This document shows positions 23,401 through 37,151 of a stretch of DNA of 64,000 nucleotides, piece by piece. The notes under the pieces are model-generated. The model was not told the DNA's origin. It saw only the letters and a list, made by a program, of their open reading frames with translations, and searched no databases. Each line of letters starts with the position of its first letter. Within the stretch, counting starts at the first letter, position 1. This DNA comes from Zygnema circumcarinatum SAG 698-1b (taxonomy: Eukaryota > Plantae > Zygnematophyceae). A program made the translations under genes and the position numbers. The stretch is taken from NCBI GenBank assembly GCA_037447605.1, contig CM074808.1:1922001-1986000 (forward strand), read 5' to 3'.

Positions 23401-24905
23401 GTATTTGTGAACAGTTTTTATCAATTTTGGCCATGCAGGGAAACCCCTTTTGGCGCATAATTGGAGGCTTTTTGAAGTCCCCTTCAGCTGCCCAAGTGGA
23501 GTGTCAGAAACCCAAACCAATCCTGCTCGACACTGGCGAAATGTCTTTGCCGTATCCATGGGCGGTATGATTTTTTAGCGTAACTGAAAAGGGATGAATA
23601 GCATGGTTCTCATTTGTCAGTGAAAGAGACCGTTCATGCTGCCCATCGACACGGAAAGCAGGTTTAACTTGGTTCTAACTTGACTATCACAGAAGTTGTT
23701 CTTTAACTTCGACGTAAATGCTGACTGTTCTGCTGGAAATGGTGACTTGCATGCTGAGCCCCCACAATGAAACTGCCGTTTGAAATGTCTGGGAGCAGGC
23801 AGCAATCCTTCCCATTTCTATCCACAAAATTGGATCGCTCGTCATTTTGGGGGTTCCGGGAGGTGAGTCTCAACCAATCCTCGTGCGAAGGGATGCTGCT
23901 CTAAGGACTGCATAGGGACAGTGCTCCTCTCCTCCTTTCCCATGACACGTGCGTTCCAACGCCTACAAAGATGATTCGAGCAGTGGACTGCCTTTGTTGG
24001 AGGCTGCAGAGCTCTCCACCATGGCAGGCCGCAGACTGCGCACTGCTGTGAAGGCGGCCCTGCAGGAGAGCTCTCCGGAGCAGTTCGGCAACAGCACGAG
24101 AGTGGTGATTGCAGGGCTTGCAAATGCATACTCGCAATACATCACTACGTACGAGGAGTATCAGATTCAGCGATATGAGGTAATGCCGTCTCGGACTCCT
24201 TCCTAGCTTCGCAGGACCTTCCGTGTAGCTCTTGCTTGATGCTTGTCCGAAAACAGCCTCGTTTTGCTGCATGATAACTGATGAGATAAGGGGGTGACAT
24301 AAGAACAGGTGTTGATGATGTTAACGGAGGTGGGGAATCCGCAGGGTGCGTCTACACTGTACGGCCCGCACACTCTGAGTGCGTACATTCAAGAGTTTCA
24401 GAAGCTCGCTGTGGCCCTCGCTCTCGGGAGGAAGGTTCCGGACGGCCCCTCCCCTCCCAACCTCCTGTCTCGCCAGATTGGCTTCCTTCCCCCGGTTGTG
24501 GCCGACGCAGTGCCACGTGGCGTCAAGTTCGGGGACGTTGTGCGCGACATCGCTCCCAACACCACTGTGGCGAATGGAGACACAGTGGAAGCCGTGTTCT
24601 GGTCCGCCTGTCCGAGAAACGACCTCCATACGGAAGGCACCTTCGCCGTGGTGGAGAGGCTGGACGTGGCCTCTGGGGAGTGGGTGCCCAAGTACGACGA
24701 CGACGACTGGTGCCTCAAGTTCCGGTGGAGGCGGCCCTCCAAGCTCAGCCGGTACAGCGTGGCGACCGTAACATGGGAGATTCCGCAGCCGGCAGCGGGG
24801 GGGGTGTACCGGCTGCGGCACTTTGGAGCGCACAAGCGGTTTTTGGGGAAAGTGGAGCACTTCTGGGGGGCTTCGACTGCCTTCACGTTGAGGAAACGCT
24901 GTTAG
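20410..24905 (+). CDS. NCER: Neutral/alkaline non-lysosomal ceramidase (multi-exon)
   Basis: YLIGVGSYDVTGP, MMGYAN, GIHMRLRARAFIV, GIHTHSGPGG, NINRSPSAYLNNP, VHGVSM...GDNKGAA, GDVSPN, FAAGTTDGPGAF, KPILLDTG, YITTYEEYQIQRYE, GASTLYGPHTL; stop at 24905. Start codon (20410 vs nearby ATGs) uncertain. Confidence 0.95.
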
Positions 24906-25141
24906 TATGCTTCCTGTCAGAGGGAGGACGACCTGTAAAGTCTTTTGTGGGGCGTAGGAGTGCGCCAGTGTGCCAGTGTGTATAAAAGCATCTCGTTCAG
25001 GGTTGAATGGCATGGGATTTGCAGAATAGTCGGTAGACATGTGCGTGTGAACCCCCCTTGTGGAGTACATAGGTGTCATCAGAAGGGGAGGCCCGCTGCT
25101 CGTTAAAACCATTCAATATCAATCCCTTATTTTTTGTGTGT

Positions 25142-25215
25142 AAATTCGCAAGCCCAATGTTGGAAATTCGCAAGCCCAATGTCGGAAATTCGCAAGCCCA
25201 ATGCTGGAAATTCGC
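25142..25215. repeat. 22-bp tandem repeat, 3.4 copies
   Basis: aaattcgcaagcccaatg(tt/tc/ct)gg at 25142, 25164, 25186. Confidence 0.95.
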
Positions 25216-25634
25216 GGCTTTCTGTGAACTAAGCTGACCATTCAGTGCCTTGCAACCGTGGCTGCGAATCCATGTACCGCTGCCCGGCCTTCAATCCTCT
25301 GATCCCGGTCTGGCGAGGAACGTTGTGGACATGTCCTTTGCATGTCCATGTTGAGCCTTGTGGCCATGCATGCCATGGGTCTTGGTCATGGACATGGTCA
25401 TGGTCATGGTCATGGGCTCATGGCCCCTTCCGGCCATGTACCCATGGCAAACGTACTCCTCCAGTGGCCAACATCCATGCCATGTGCCCCATGGCCATGT
25501 GTCGCGGCATCCGGTGCCCCTTCTGGTCTCGTGTGAACGGCGTCCGCGACGCGCTGGTTTGGTCGTTCTGATTCTGTACGTACGCCGTCCCTTCTATCGT
25601 CCGTACGACGGAGCCGAATCGACCACATGTTTAC

Positions 25635-26579
25635 GGGTAGTGATATTTCCACCCCTTTTTTGGATCCAAACACCCCTTCCCGGCCGGGCAGATTTCAAAA
25701 AGGATTAAAAACGGAAAATGCTTTTTTCACACCTTTTTGGAATCGATACCCACCCTCTATCGGCAGATTTTATTTTTGCGAATGAAGGAAAATGATAACC
25801 CGTCACCCCATTTTGAATATCCCGCCTACTTGAATTTTTTTTTCACGCGTGCGGTCAATCGCAGCCGTCGATTCCCTCGCAGATCGCAACACGGCAGATC
25901 ACTATTTGCTCTGCAGCCGGGCTCGGTCACAGCGAATGGCACGTGCCCACGTATCCCGCCAAACTCGTCTCCAAAAGTTGTCCGTACAAATGTCGTATGG
26001 TTGCAACTTTGAGGAACCCAAAATACATTGAGAGCTTGAACCAATCAAAATTTTCCACGTCGATATGTAACACGTGGTAGATGTTGATTGGTTGGAAACT
26101 GACAATGACGAGATCTCGGGCCGAGGGACGCGCGCACTCGCACTTGCGATCCGGCTTTGACGGGACTCGTGGGCGCTTTCCATTCGCTGAAATCGAGCCC
26201 GGCTCCAGATCGAACGGTGATCTGCAGTGGTGCGATCTGCGAGGGAAATCGACAGATGCGATTGACATGCACGTGTGAAGGACGGACACCCGCGAACGAT
26301 CTCGTGGCGGACGGATCTTCCGCTCCGAGCGGATTCGAGCAGGCAGATATTTCTTTCCCTCAAAAAAAAAATTCAGGGAGGCGGGATACAGTATTCAAAA
26401 TGCGGTGACGGGGTATCATTTTCCTTGGTTAGCAAAAATAAAATCAGCCGACGGAAGAAGGTGGGTATCGATTCCAAAAAGGTGTGAAAAAAACATTTTC
26501 CGTTTTTAAACCCTTTTGAAATCTGCCCGGCCGGGAAGGGGTGTTTGGATCCAAAAAAGGGGTGGAAATATCACTACCC
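25635..26579. mobile_element. Non-autonomous Mutator-like foldback element, 9-bp TSD
   Basis: CATGTTTAC (25626-25634) | GGGTAGTGATATTTCCACCCC ... GGGGTGGAAATATCACTACCC | CATGTTTAC (26580-26588); arms remain imperfectly inverted for several hundred bp. Confidence 0.9.
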
Positions 26580-27078
26580 CATGTTTACACCGATTTTCGC
26601 CAAATTCGTCCACCGACCTACGGGGAGCCACGTCAGTGCTGCACCGACACGGTTTCTTGTCGCATCGACCGGCCACCAACCGCCGGATGGCTCACCGACA
26701 TGATGTGAACCGAAATGTCGGTGCAAATGTCGGTGCAAATGTCGGTGAGGATGTCTGTGCCGCCTCCAGAATGCATGTTCTCGGGAAATGCCCCTCCCAT
26801 TCGGCCGGGCCCGCTCCGCCTCCGCTTTTAGCCCCCGGCTTCGAAGGAAGGGGAGGGAGGGAAGGAGGGAGGAAGGTGCGAGCGGAGGGAGGGAGGGAGG
26901 GAGGAAGGTGAGATCGGAGGGAGGGAGCGAGGGAGGGAGGTGCGAGCGGAGGGAGGGAGGGAGGGAGGTGCGAGAGGAGGGAGGAAGGGAGGGAGGGAGG
27001 GAGGTGCGAGCGGAGAAGAAAGGGAGGGAGGGAGGGAGAGAGGGAGAAAAGGAGGGAGGGAGAGAGCCGCAAGTAGCC

Positions 27079-30000
27079 ATGGCGGGCGGCGACTGCACGA
27101 CGTGGAAGGCCTCGTCCAACGGCGCGTGGGCGGGCGATAACCCCGTCCACTTCGCGCTGCCGCTGCTCACCATCCAGCTCTGCCTCATCCTCTGCTTCTC
27201 ACGCATATTCAGCATCCTGCTGCGACCCCTCCACCAGCCACGCGTCATTGGGGAGATTCTGGTTAACTTCCCTTCCTATATTCCCGTTAATTCTAGTAAA
27301 ACTATTCTCTCCTACCCTCTGCTGCTTAATCTCCCCTCCGCAATTTTTTAATTCCAAATGGTTTTCTGACTAGCTGCATGTTTCTGCGATTCGCAGGGCG
27401 GCATCGTGCTGGGGGCCTCCGTGCTGGGCAACATCCCGCAGTACCAGGAGGACCTCTTCCCCACCGCGAGCCTCACGGTGCTGACCACAGTGGCCAACCT
27501 TGGACTGCTCTTCTTCCTCTTCATGGTGGGTCTCGAGCTCGACCTCCGCAGCCTCCTCCGCACCGGCAAGAGCGCCGTCATCATCTCCGCCAGCGGCATC
27601 CTCGTGCCCTTCTCTCTGGGCGTGGGCGTCTCCTTCATCATCCGCCGCGTGCTGGGCATCGTCGACAGCAAGTTCCTCCCCTTCGTCGTCTTCATGGGCG
27701 TGGCCATGTCCATCACCGCCTTCCCCGTGCTGGCGCGCATCCTCGCGGAGAGGAAGCTCCTCACCACAGAGGTGGGGCAGCTCGCCATGTCGGTCGCCGC
27801 AGTGGACGACATCACCGCGTGGGTTCTGCTCGCCCTCGCCATCGCCCTCTCGTCGAACTCGAGCGGTCAGATCGTGGCTTGGATTCTCCTCTGCGCGCTC
27901 GCCTTCCTGGTGACAATGTTCGGCGCAGTGAGGCCCCTCATGGCGCGGATCAGCCGGCAGGTGGTCGAGAACGAGCCCATCCCCGAGTGGATAGTGGGCA
28001 TCACTCTCACAGGCGTTCTGGTGTCGGCTTTCGCCACAGATGTGATCGGAATTCACGGCATTTTCGGCGCTTTTGTGTTCGGTTTAGTCATACCCAAAGA
28101 CGGGCCCTTCGCGGGCATCATCATGGAGAAGATTGAGGACTTCACCATGACCTTGCTGCTGCCTCTGTACTTCGCGTCCAGCGGTCTCAACGTGCGGTTC
28201 CGGTCCATGTCCGGATGGAGGTCCATTGGGCTCGTCGTGCTCGTGATCGGAGTGGCCTGCATCGGGAAGATTGGTGGTACCATCTTTGCAGCAGTGATGA
28301 CCAAAATTCCTTTCCGCAAGGCTCTCGTGCTTGGTGTCCTTATGAACACAAAGGGGCTGGTGGAGCTCATCGTTCTCAACATCGGTTTGCAAAAGAAGGT
28401 GAGGCATGCAGATCCAACACATGAAAGTGGCGCTCGCCATCAGACAAGTGGGTTATGCCGGTATGGCCTTTTTCAGAGGTTGAAGCATGTTTGTTAGGAG
28501 AGGTGAGTTCAAAGCAGTGAACTCAAACATTTTACTCAAATGGAATGCATGTTTGTACACTGCAGGTCATCACCCAGGAGCTTTACACCATCATGGTGAT
28601 CATGGCTCTTGTCACAACCTTCATGACGAACCCTCTCGTCACATGGCTGTATCCTTCCGCGGAAGGCGGCGAGAACAAGGCGCGAGAAGAAGCGAAGAAG
28701 AGCGACGAGGACCTGCGCTTGCTAGTGTGCATCCATGGCGCGCACTCAATCCCCCCCGCGCTCAACCTCATGGAGATGTCGCGCGGCACTCGCAAGCATC
28801 CTCTCAAAGCCTTCATGCTGCACTTGGTGGAGTTCTCAGAACGCTCCTCCGCCATCATGATGGTGAGAAACTTGTGGCTCTGGAGAACGTAAACGTGTAC
28901 TTGCGGAGCTCTTGCGTTTTGTTTTCATCTGTCCCTTTTCTATTGCCATGAACTTAAAACCCCAGATTTACTCAATATGTGCATTCTAATGCCGAAATTG
29001 CTTAGGGGGGCGTTCACAGGTGACGCGAGTTCGGAAAAATGGAAAGCCATTTATAAGCAAGGATGGGAAGAAGAAGGGACCGGACCAGGTGGCTGTGGCC
29101 TTCCAGGCGTATGCGCGGCTGAGCAAGGTGTCGGTGGAATCCATGACCGCCATTTCAGGCTTCTCGAACATGCATGAAGACATCTGCAGCGTAGCTGTTG
29201 ACAAGCGCGTCAACCTCATCGTCCTGCCATATCACAAATGTGCAGTAAGTGTTGCTATCGCTTGCATCCTTTGGAACGTAGCATCATCAGCAATTTCATC
29301 CTTCTTCTCCTTACTTCCTATGTTGCGTCACAATATTCTGTTGCTGTCACTTCGGCCAGCATCAGCTTCCCCGTCATGCTCCTCTCCCGTTTAGTGCCAC
29401 ATTTCAGTCAACCCAAAACGCTGTCGAGACCATGTGCTGCTGACGCGCTTTCCCCTTGTTCCCCTGCCCGAGTGCCGACCTGCTCCCTGCAAAGCCTACC
29501 TTGTTGTGAACTTGCCGCTCTCCCTCATGCTGCGGATCCCTGCAGGGTCCCGACGGGCTGGAGATCGGCAACCCGAACCTCCTCTCCGTGACGCGGCGAG
29601 TGCAGCGCGCGGCCCCGTGCTCCGTGGCGGTCCTCGTGGACCGCAGCCTGGGGGAGGCGGTGCAGGTCCCCCCCGAGCAGCTCGAGCAGCGCGTGGCAGC
29701 GCTCTTCTATGGCGGACCGGACGACCGCGAAGCGCTGGGCATCGCGCAGCGCATGGCGGAGCATCCCGGGATCGCTGTCACCGTCATCCGCTTCCTTCCT
29801 GCGGCGCGGGAAGAGGTCGTGCTATCGATGCCTGCCGCAGCGCAGGGAGAAGAGCAGCCGGAGGAAGGGTTGGCATCCGCTCCTGACGACAGCGAGGACT
29901 GCGAGGCGCAACTGGACGAGGAGGCGCTGCAGACTGTGAAGGCAAACGCGAGAAAATTGAGCAAAGAGGAGAGTAGACCAGTGAAGGCGACTCACAATGC

Positions 30001-30370
30001 TGAGGAGGTTGGGACTCAAACGCTCTTTTACGAGGAGCGCGAGACTGAGGACGCGGTTGCGGCAGCCATAGATGTTTTGGGAGAGTCTTACAACTTGATA
30101 ATTGTTGGTCGAGGGCGACGGCCTGCACCACTGTTGGTCCGAGCCATGGAGGCGAGAACACCCTCCGTGTGGCAGAGCGAGGAGGCTGCCGGGCTGGGCA
30201 CCGTGGGAGCAGCCCTCGCAGCCCAGGACGCGGCCCCTGCAGGGGCCTCCCTCCTGGTGGTGCAGCGCCATGACTCGGCGCTCGTGCAGACGGCATCGCT
30301 TGCGCCGAGCGGGGCCGCCACGCCGCGGAGGCAGCACCCTGCTGACGAGTACGCGGCACCAATGCCTTAA
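27079..30370 (+). CDS. CHX: Cation/H+ exchanger, CHX family (CPA2)
   Basis: SSNGAWAGDNPVHFALPLL...QPRVIGEIL; FLFMVGLELD; ITAFPVLARILAE; GIHGIFGAFVFG; LMNTKGLVELIVLNIG; LHLVEFSERSS; APCSVAVLVDR; FYGGPDDREAL. Confidence 0.95.
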
Positions 30371-31604
30371 GACCGATCCTATTTCATTTTTGCAGTTCTT
30401 GTGCATCCGTTCGGAAGCTTTTGCTTGTGATTTTTTAGGGTTAGGGCTGTACATAGTCGGCAGCTGAGCGGTTACTGTTAGGGTTAAAGTGCGTGCAGCT
30501 TATAAAGGTCTACTGGCAGGGAACTGGCGTTACTTGGTTCATTTATCTGCATAGGTGTTTGGAGTCGGGAAGGCTCGCCCCGACACGGCTGATGAGTTTT
30601 AGAGAGGATGGGTCATTAGGTGGCGAGGGGACGTTTGGATGTGGGGCACCACTCGAGAAGGAAGGGGGAGCTCGATTTTTTTTAGATGTATATGTAGTCT
30701 TTGTATTTAGTATTCTTTTTGTAAACTTTCATTTCACAATACAAGAGAAGTGAGGACGACCAAGCAGCAGAATACAATAATTGATTGACAGGTTTCATGG
30801 CTTTGCATGCATGCCGGTTTGATTTACCAATATGAGAAAAAAGCAGAATCGTGAGACCACTTCAAAGGAAATCCTGCGTGAAGTTGATTTTTAGGGTTTT
30901 TAGGAAGGGAAAAGTGCAAACCGAAGAGCAGCTTGCAGTCGTTATTGGAATCGAAGTCGCAAACAATGGCAATAGAGACGAGCCTGAGTATAATTTCTGG
31001 ATCCGGGTTTTAATTTTACAGAATTCTTCTGAGGTAAATCCAGATCGCGTCGACAGGGGGGGGTCATGTGCCAGGAGGCGCCTGTTTGAGTTCACGCACA
31101 GAACTGTGCTGAGGTAGCCGCATTAGAAAAGGCGCCGTCTGATCCAGAGATTGAGCACTGGCGTTCAACCGTGAACCCTAAAAAAGGGCTGCAGAAGTGG
31201 GAGGGAGGAAGGGAGGGAGGAAGGGGTTGATCATAAGTCTAAAGGGCGCCCTCAGGGAACGTTTCTGGTTCTGGTTTCCGGTTTTTGGTTTTCTGTTTTT
31301 CACTTCTGTGTAAGCGGGACCGCGGGAGGTGTCGACGTTGAAAAAACAATCTCCCGCGACGTTGAAAAAACAATGTACCTCGGCGGCTTGTTCGAAAATA
31401 GTACATTACGATGTGTGCATACATCTTAACGTGAGGGTGAACATGTACCGGTTTTGAAATTTCTTTGTTCAGGAAAAGGTCAAAGATTTCTATTGACAGG
31501 CGAGGAAAGGATGCAGGAGTGCGAGCCGAGATGTACATCGGAGGCATGCGGCATGCTTGCATGCATGGCAAGGCCTTGGAAGTGCAAAATGTCTGCCATG
31601 CATG

Positions 31605-31665
31605 CATACATACATACATACATACATACATACATGTATACATACATTACATACATACATACATA
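31605..31665. repeat. (CATA)n microsatellite
   Basis: catacatacata... with minor interruptions. Confidence 0.95.
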
Positions 31666-32089
31666 GGACTGTAGATCTCAACTTGGAACTACAGTATTCC
31701 CAAGTTCCCAAGTTTTAGCGCATGCGATTGTGCACAATTCAAACAACCTGCGACAGAGTCGTTCACAAGGGCAAATACAGGACCGCTGTGAATAGCTAAA
31801 TTCCCATCCTCCTATGACATCTCGCCACGTACGACACTTTGTATACGTGGCATGCCGTGAATGGCTGCATCCCAGAACTGAGACATTGGTCCAAGCACAC
31901 GGATCCCCTCCCGTTGCTGACGAGAAGATATCCCCCCGCGGATGCGCCACGTGGCCAAACGCCGCGCTCTGATTGGGCGGCCTAGCGCCACCCCATCGAC
32001 CGGAGGGCGGCCTCCCCCTTGAAGGGGCGGCCCTTGGAAAAGTGGTCTGTTGTGACAGGCGAGCAGGACAGGCGGCGAGCTCGGCAGCC

Positions 32090-34949
32090 ATGGCTTCCTC
32101 CGCCGCGCGCCTCGCCGCTCCTGCTGCCGCACACGCACGGATATCGTCTGACGCCTCGCCCTGCTCGTCTGCTGCACCCGTCACTAGAGCAGGGAGGGCT
32201 TCGGCGGTGGATAGGACGAGGGAGTGGAGGTCGTTCTGCACGGGTGTTAGGGTTTTGAAGTCGGAAGCGGGACGGCCGGCGCAGACGGAAAGGAGAAAGG
32301 GGTTGAGGATAGAAGCAGCTAAACGGATTTCGACGGGAAAGAGTCTTGTGCTGAGCGCAACGCTGGTTGTGGAGGAAGGCAACGAGGCCCAAGTTCAGAA
32401 GCTTTGCGATGGAGTGTTGGCTTGGGCGGAGGAGAGAAAGGTGCAATCATTTTGCGCCATAACAATAGCTTATTATTGTTTTTTGCTTGTAGAAAGTGCT
32501 GCATTCCTTATAGCATCAGGACTGCTGGAGTCTGCCACTGGCAGCATGACCATATCATTTTGCATACGCATCGGGTTGTGTAAATTGTTTCCTTTTCGTG
32601 CAGCGTGCTCACTTTTGGGGATGCTGTGGTTGCTGTATTGTAACATTGGTCTTGGGGTGCAGAAGGACAAGAAGTTGGGTGTGATTCATTTCGAGTGCAG
32701 CTCAGATGCATACGATAAGAACGTTTTCCACTTTTGGGAGCGTTACGACACCTTTGCTTCCATGAACGATACTCGTGCATCCCCCGAGCACAGCGCGTTC
32801 ATGAACGAAGTAAGCAATTCCTCCATTTCTTCTTCATCGTGTCGTCGCGTGCGAGCTGATATGAACACTACCTTTTACCAGGATATGAAGTGAAGTTCTG
32901 TGAAAGTTGTCTTGCTGATATTTCGCTACGTCGGATATTATTTTGCTTGTCAGAATCAGACGTTTTAATGTTGGTGGAACTCCTACCGTATTGAGTGGGT
33001 ATTAACAGCAACGTGATATGGTTCCATTTCGTATTTGTGATTGCCTGGCCCTGATTTATCCCGTCTTCGTTGCATTATTGTCTTTATTTTATGACCTTGT
33101 TCCTGGAACTGAATTATTGTTGTGAGAATCTAACTGTTATGGATTCTGTTATAGGTTACCCTCTAGCTGTTGCCCGGGCCTTTCTCTTTGTTTTGCATCA
33201 AGATGAAGCCGATTTCAATTAGCTTCTGAATCATGCTATTTGGGAAACTTGAAAGGAGTTGTTGCCGGCGACAGGAATGAATCCCAGTTCTGATATGTCC
33301 TCCTCTCACCCCGTCTCTCTTTTCTTACTTCTACCCTCAAATTCTCGATAGCTTGTCATTTGTGCGTAATGGTCTGCGTCGTATATTTGAAATCGGCCTG
33401 GTTTCCATGAAGTGCTGAGCTGGTTTATCTTTAGTACACCTTTCTTTATTTCCCTTGCTGATGAAAGGCGTTTCGTTTCTATTTCACCAGGTGAGGCCGC
33501 TATTGAAGGAACCAGTGGCACTTGCTGCATACGAGTATAAGGATGGCAAAATCGGCTGCATGTTGAATCCAATTGGTAAGTGCCATACGTGTCTGTTAAA
33601 ATCAAGCTTCTAAGCGGTTCCATTCAAAAGTAGAGAGTTCAGGTTTTGAGTCTGACGCGTTGTTTGCGCCAGTGAGTCCATGCCAACCCCGACTTATGCA
33701 AAGTTGGTTCTGGAAAGAAAATAGAGACTTGCCCCAGTGCTCAGCAGCCTGGAGCTTCACTTTTTAATAAGAAGCTAAGAGAATGTGATTATGTTGGGCT
33801 TTTTTTTTGTTTTTCTTAGACGGCAAGTCTTGAAAACAGTGTTTTTAGACGCTTTTCGTTCCCCTGAGATATTGCTATCTTCTGCAGATTTGGGCATGGG
33901 GGTAATTGGAGTAGACCCGATCGGGTAAATATGGAGACCTTGCAGTGGGGATGGACTAGCAGGCTGAAGGGTTGGTGACGGTTTAGGACCTGAGGACCAT
34001 AGGGGGGCATTTGGGCCATCAAATTGGACCATGATGTTGAACGAGGGGACATCAAGCATGAAACCGTGCCCCGTACATACTGCAAAATGCTGAGATGTGG
34101 CATGTGCATGCACGTGTTGTACTCACGGCATTTTGACGGGATTGTGAAGCTGTCTTTACGATCGTTATTTTTCTTGTTTTTTCCATTTATCAAATAGGTA
34201 AAGCAATTAAAAGCCATGACGATGTCCGCTTGTCCGTTCCAGGGCGTGCAGAGTAGTTTCCGAAGTGGCCAGTGAATGCTCATCATTTGCCCCTCAAGCG
34301 TATGTCTGGCTGTTTCGAAAGCTTTCTGGCATAGTTCAAGAAAGTGTACTTCTTTTAAGTTGCAAGAATGCAAGATCCCGTACTTAGCAACGCAGCATCC
34401 TTCTGCTCCCTCTGTAGACAGGACTGTATATGCTCTGTGTGCCAATTCAGCTGTGGGGAGCTGGCAGTCTCCTGACCGAGAATTGTCACGATCAGGATGG
34501 TTTAGCTAAAACTGCGGCTGATCTTACAATCTGGTGTTTCTGAGCTCATATTGAAGAGGTTATGAGTATCCGATCTGCACGCAAGTTTTGTGTAGTGAAC
34601 ATTTTGTTTTTTGGCAGTATTTCAAATGCTCTTCTAATCCCTTGAATCTGGAATTTATTACGCTTTGAGTACAGGTCCCAAAGGTGAGGGAGGACTGGAC
34701 GATGCCACTGGACAGGGAGGCAGCGGTGGAGGCGCCAGTTATAAGCAGACTTCTTCAGGAGTGAGGCAGGGTATCAACGATTCCTCGGAGGAAAATGTTT
34801 GGGGTCTGGAAAGGGCACTGGAACTATCTTCTCCGAAAGCGGCTGCAGCAGCAGCAGCCAATGCCAGGGAAGCAGCTGTAGGTGCGGCAGCCAAAATTGC
34901 CGAAGGTTTGGCGAATCTTTTTGGCACCAACAAGAGGAAATCAGGTTGA
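32090..34949 (+). CDS. Plastid-type dimeric alpha/beta-barrel (ABM-like) protein, multi-exon
   Basis: gcagccATG start, transit-peptide-like N-terminus; exons SLVLSATLVVEEGNEAQVQKLC, HFECSSDAYDKNVFHFWERY...SPEHSAFMNE, VRPLLKEPVALAAYEYKDGKIGCMLNPI, GPKGEGGLDDATGQGGSGGGASYKQT; stop at 34949. Confidence 0.7.
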
Positions 34950-36344
34950 GGCACGTTTTCTTTCATTTTTGTTTTCGCGACACACCAGGTCGTCTAGCGG
35001 GTTTTCAACTTCGCAAAAGTCCCACTCACGAGAGATGCAGGACATGGATGTGGTGGTGACGTCACCGTAGGCGAGAAAGGCAGGTCGGTGTAGGTGCAGG
35101 ATTTGTAGCACCCTGCGGTAATTTCTGGCTGACATTTACAGGAATGGCAAGAATTGAGCTCTTTTGGGGACGAAGGGGACCTGGTGAGGGGTCAGACCAG
35201 GTTTGTAGCGGCTGCAGGCTGCGCTGCTCACTGTAATTTATTCTGCCACCTCATGATCTCATGGGTTGCGCTATATGCGGCGGACTGTAATAAAGACTGA
35301 TATCTGCTTCAGAAAGGATGGAGCTCCATACTTTTCGACGGTCATGAAATGGATAGAATGTGCTTGAGCTTTCACTCTTGTCTTTTGACTTGGTCTGGTT
35401 TGTACAATACAGCTGGCATCACGAACGCATCTCCACTCGTGCTTGGATGAAAGCTAATTTGTGAATGGTTAAAGGCCATGCTGTTGGGGGGACAACATGG
35501 CCTTAGCAAGGTTCGGCTTTTATTTGACCAGCTGTTTTTTTCTCTGTCAAACGTCTGCAAGCTTCTAAGCTTTGGCATCCGGATAGGCGTGTTCTCATTC
35601 CTGCTTTGGAGGTTCTCATGGCTGGCGACTGTGCTCAGGTGTCAACACTCCACTGATCCAACATTACCCACCATTTATGGAGATACTGTAGCCCAAACTT
35701 TTAAGCTCGGCCTTCTTTCATCATGCAGTGTTCCTGCAAGTTGACGGGATACCAAATATCAGCAGGCCTTTGTTATCGTGCAAACCAGGCCTCGCTGCCA
35801 TACGAGTTACAAAGCTCGACCGTATCACGCAGTGTGAGGCTCGGTGTTGGCATTTGGCAAACCAAAGGCGAGAAGTGAACCCCAAAGTCTTGAAGCAAAG
35901 CTTGGCTTGCTCAAGCTTAGCACGAATAGTGTTCGGTACTTTACACCTTGAGGTTCGATACAATGTATAATACAGCATTAATACAGTATTATACACTGTA
36001 TAATACCCAAACGCAACTGTTGACATCTGTATAATTGGACATATAACCATACGGAGCGTTTGTACGACGGCGTACGGGGATGTACGGACATATTCACACG
36101 TGTTGAGTGTTAGCAAGTGACGTGAATCGAAGGGGCAAAGGCTTTGCACCTACTTCTAAGACTTTGAAGACGAACTGTTTAGCACTACAGACTTTGATGG
36201 GTTGTTGGACGATCCAAACCTCATGCCAGGTAGTGCACTCCTTTGTGACAACTCAGGTGCTGGCAATGATGACGATGTTCTTGACCAGGTTGATCTGAAT
36301 AATTATAGCATCATCAATGAGACGAACGATTCACTAGCTTCTTC

Positions 36345-36455
36345 CTTTTGTGGTTAGGTCCTTTGCGACCAGTCCCTTGTGGTTCCACATCATGCTTTTG
36401 TCCATGTACATTTCATGGCTTCGCCATCGTGAGTTCAATGCCATTTTCCTTGCAA
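36345..36455 (-). repeat. Copy of dispersed MARPS...GRKGPK repeat
   Basis: Minus strand: ggaaaatggcattgaactcacgatggcgaagcca...ggtcgcaaaggacctaacc. Confidence 0.75.
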
Positions 36456-37018
36456 TTCACTTGTCGTCTTTGGGTGTAATTACTATAAATAGTAGAAGAA
36501 GAAAAAAGGTGCGGCTTTTTTTTGTTGTGTGCATAAAGAGTTTTCATCATCATTTTGTTGTTGCTCTTCTTCTCTTATCCTGCTCATGATGCCTTCACCG
36601 CTGTAGGTAGCAGCACTACCATATGTCCCATCATCACCGCCCCCCCTTGAAACTGCTCTTGTGGACCTATGTTTCAATACAACTATTTTGAGACTAGTGT
36701 AAGGTGTCCTAGAGCTACCTTACGGCTTGAAGCTTCAATCATTTTAATCAATCTCTGTCTAACTTGCAAGAAAACGAAGAAAATACGTTAAATACATTAA
36801 AAGTACATTATAAATGTTGTATAGTACGCATGTATTATACAGTGTATTATACACGCGTTTGATACATGCGGATCACAAAGCACGAGACCCCATGGCGGCC
36901 ATGAATGCGTGTCCGGCGCCTCCACGGGACCGTTCAGTTCTGTTGGCCGTTTAACAGCGACAGGGGCCGCTCCATGTCGGCAAATAGTGTTCGCATGCGA
37001 ATATGTTCCCTAGTAATA

Positions 37019-37151
37019 GGGGGTGTCAGACTTAAAAATTGTTCGTAAGTTTGAGACCAGAACGAGTACTTCGGTGACATCGCAATCCTGGTGCGGCGGA
37101 GTACTTACAAAACGTTTTTGTTCGTAAGATTTCGTTAAGTCTGACACCCCC
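37019..37151. mobile_element. MITE, same family as 4119-4275
   Basis: TA|GGGGGTGTCAGACTTAA ... TTAAGTCTGACACCCCC|TA; internal cgtaagtttga..cagaacgagtact and gcggcggagtactt shared with the 4119 copy. Confidence 0.85.

Noticed and set aside
35960-36870. TIR element bounded by TGTATAATACA-rich inverted motifs
   Set aside because: Motifs are short and AT-rich with no clear termini or TSD.
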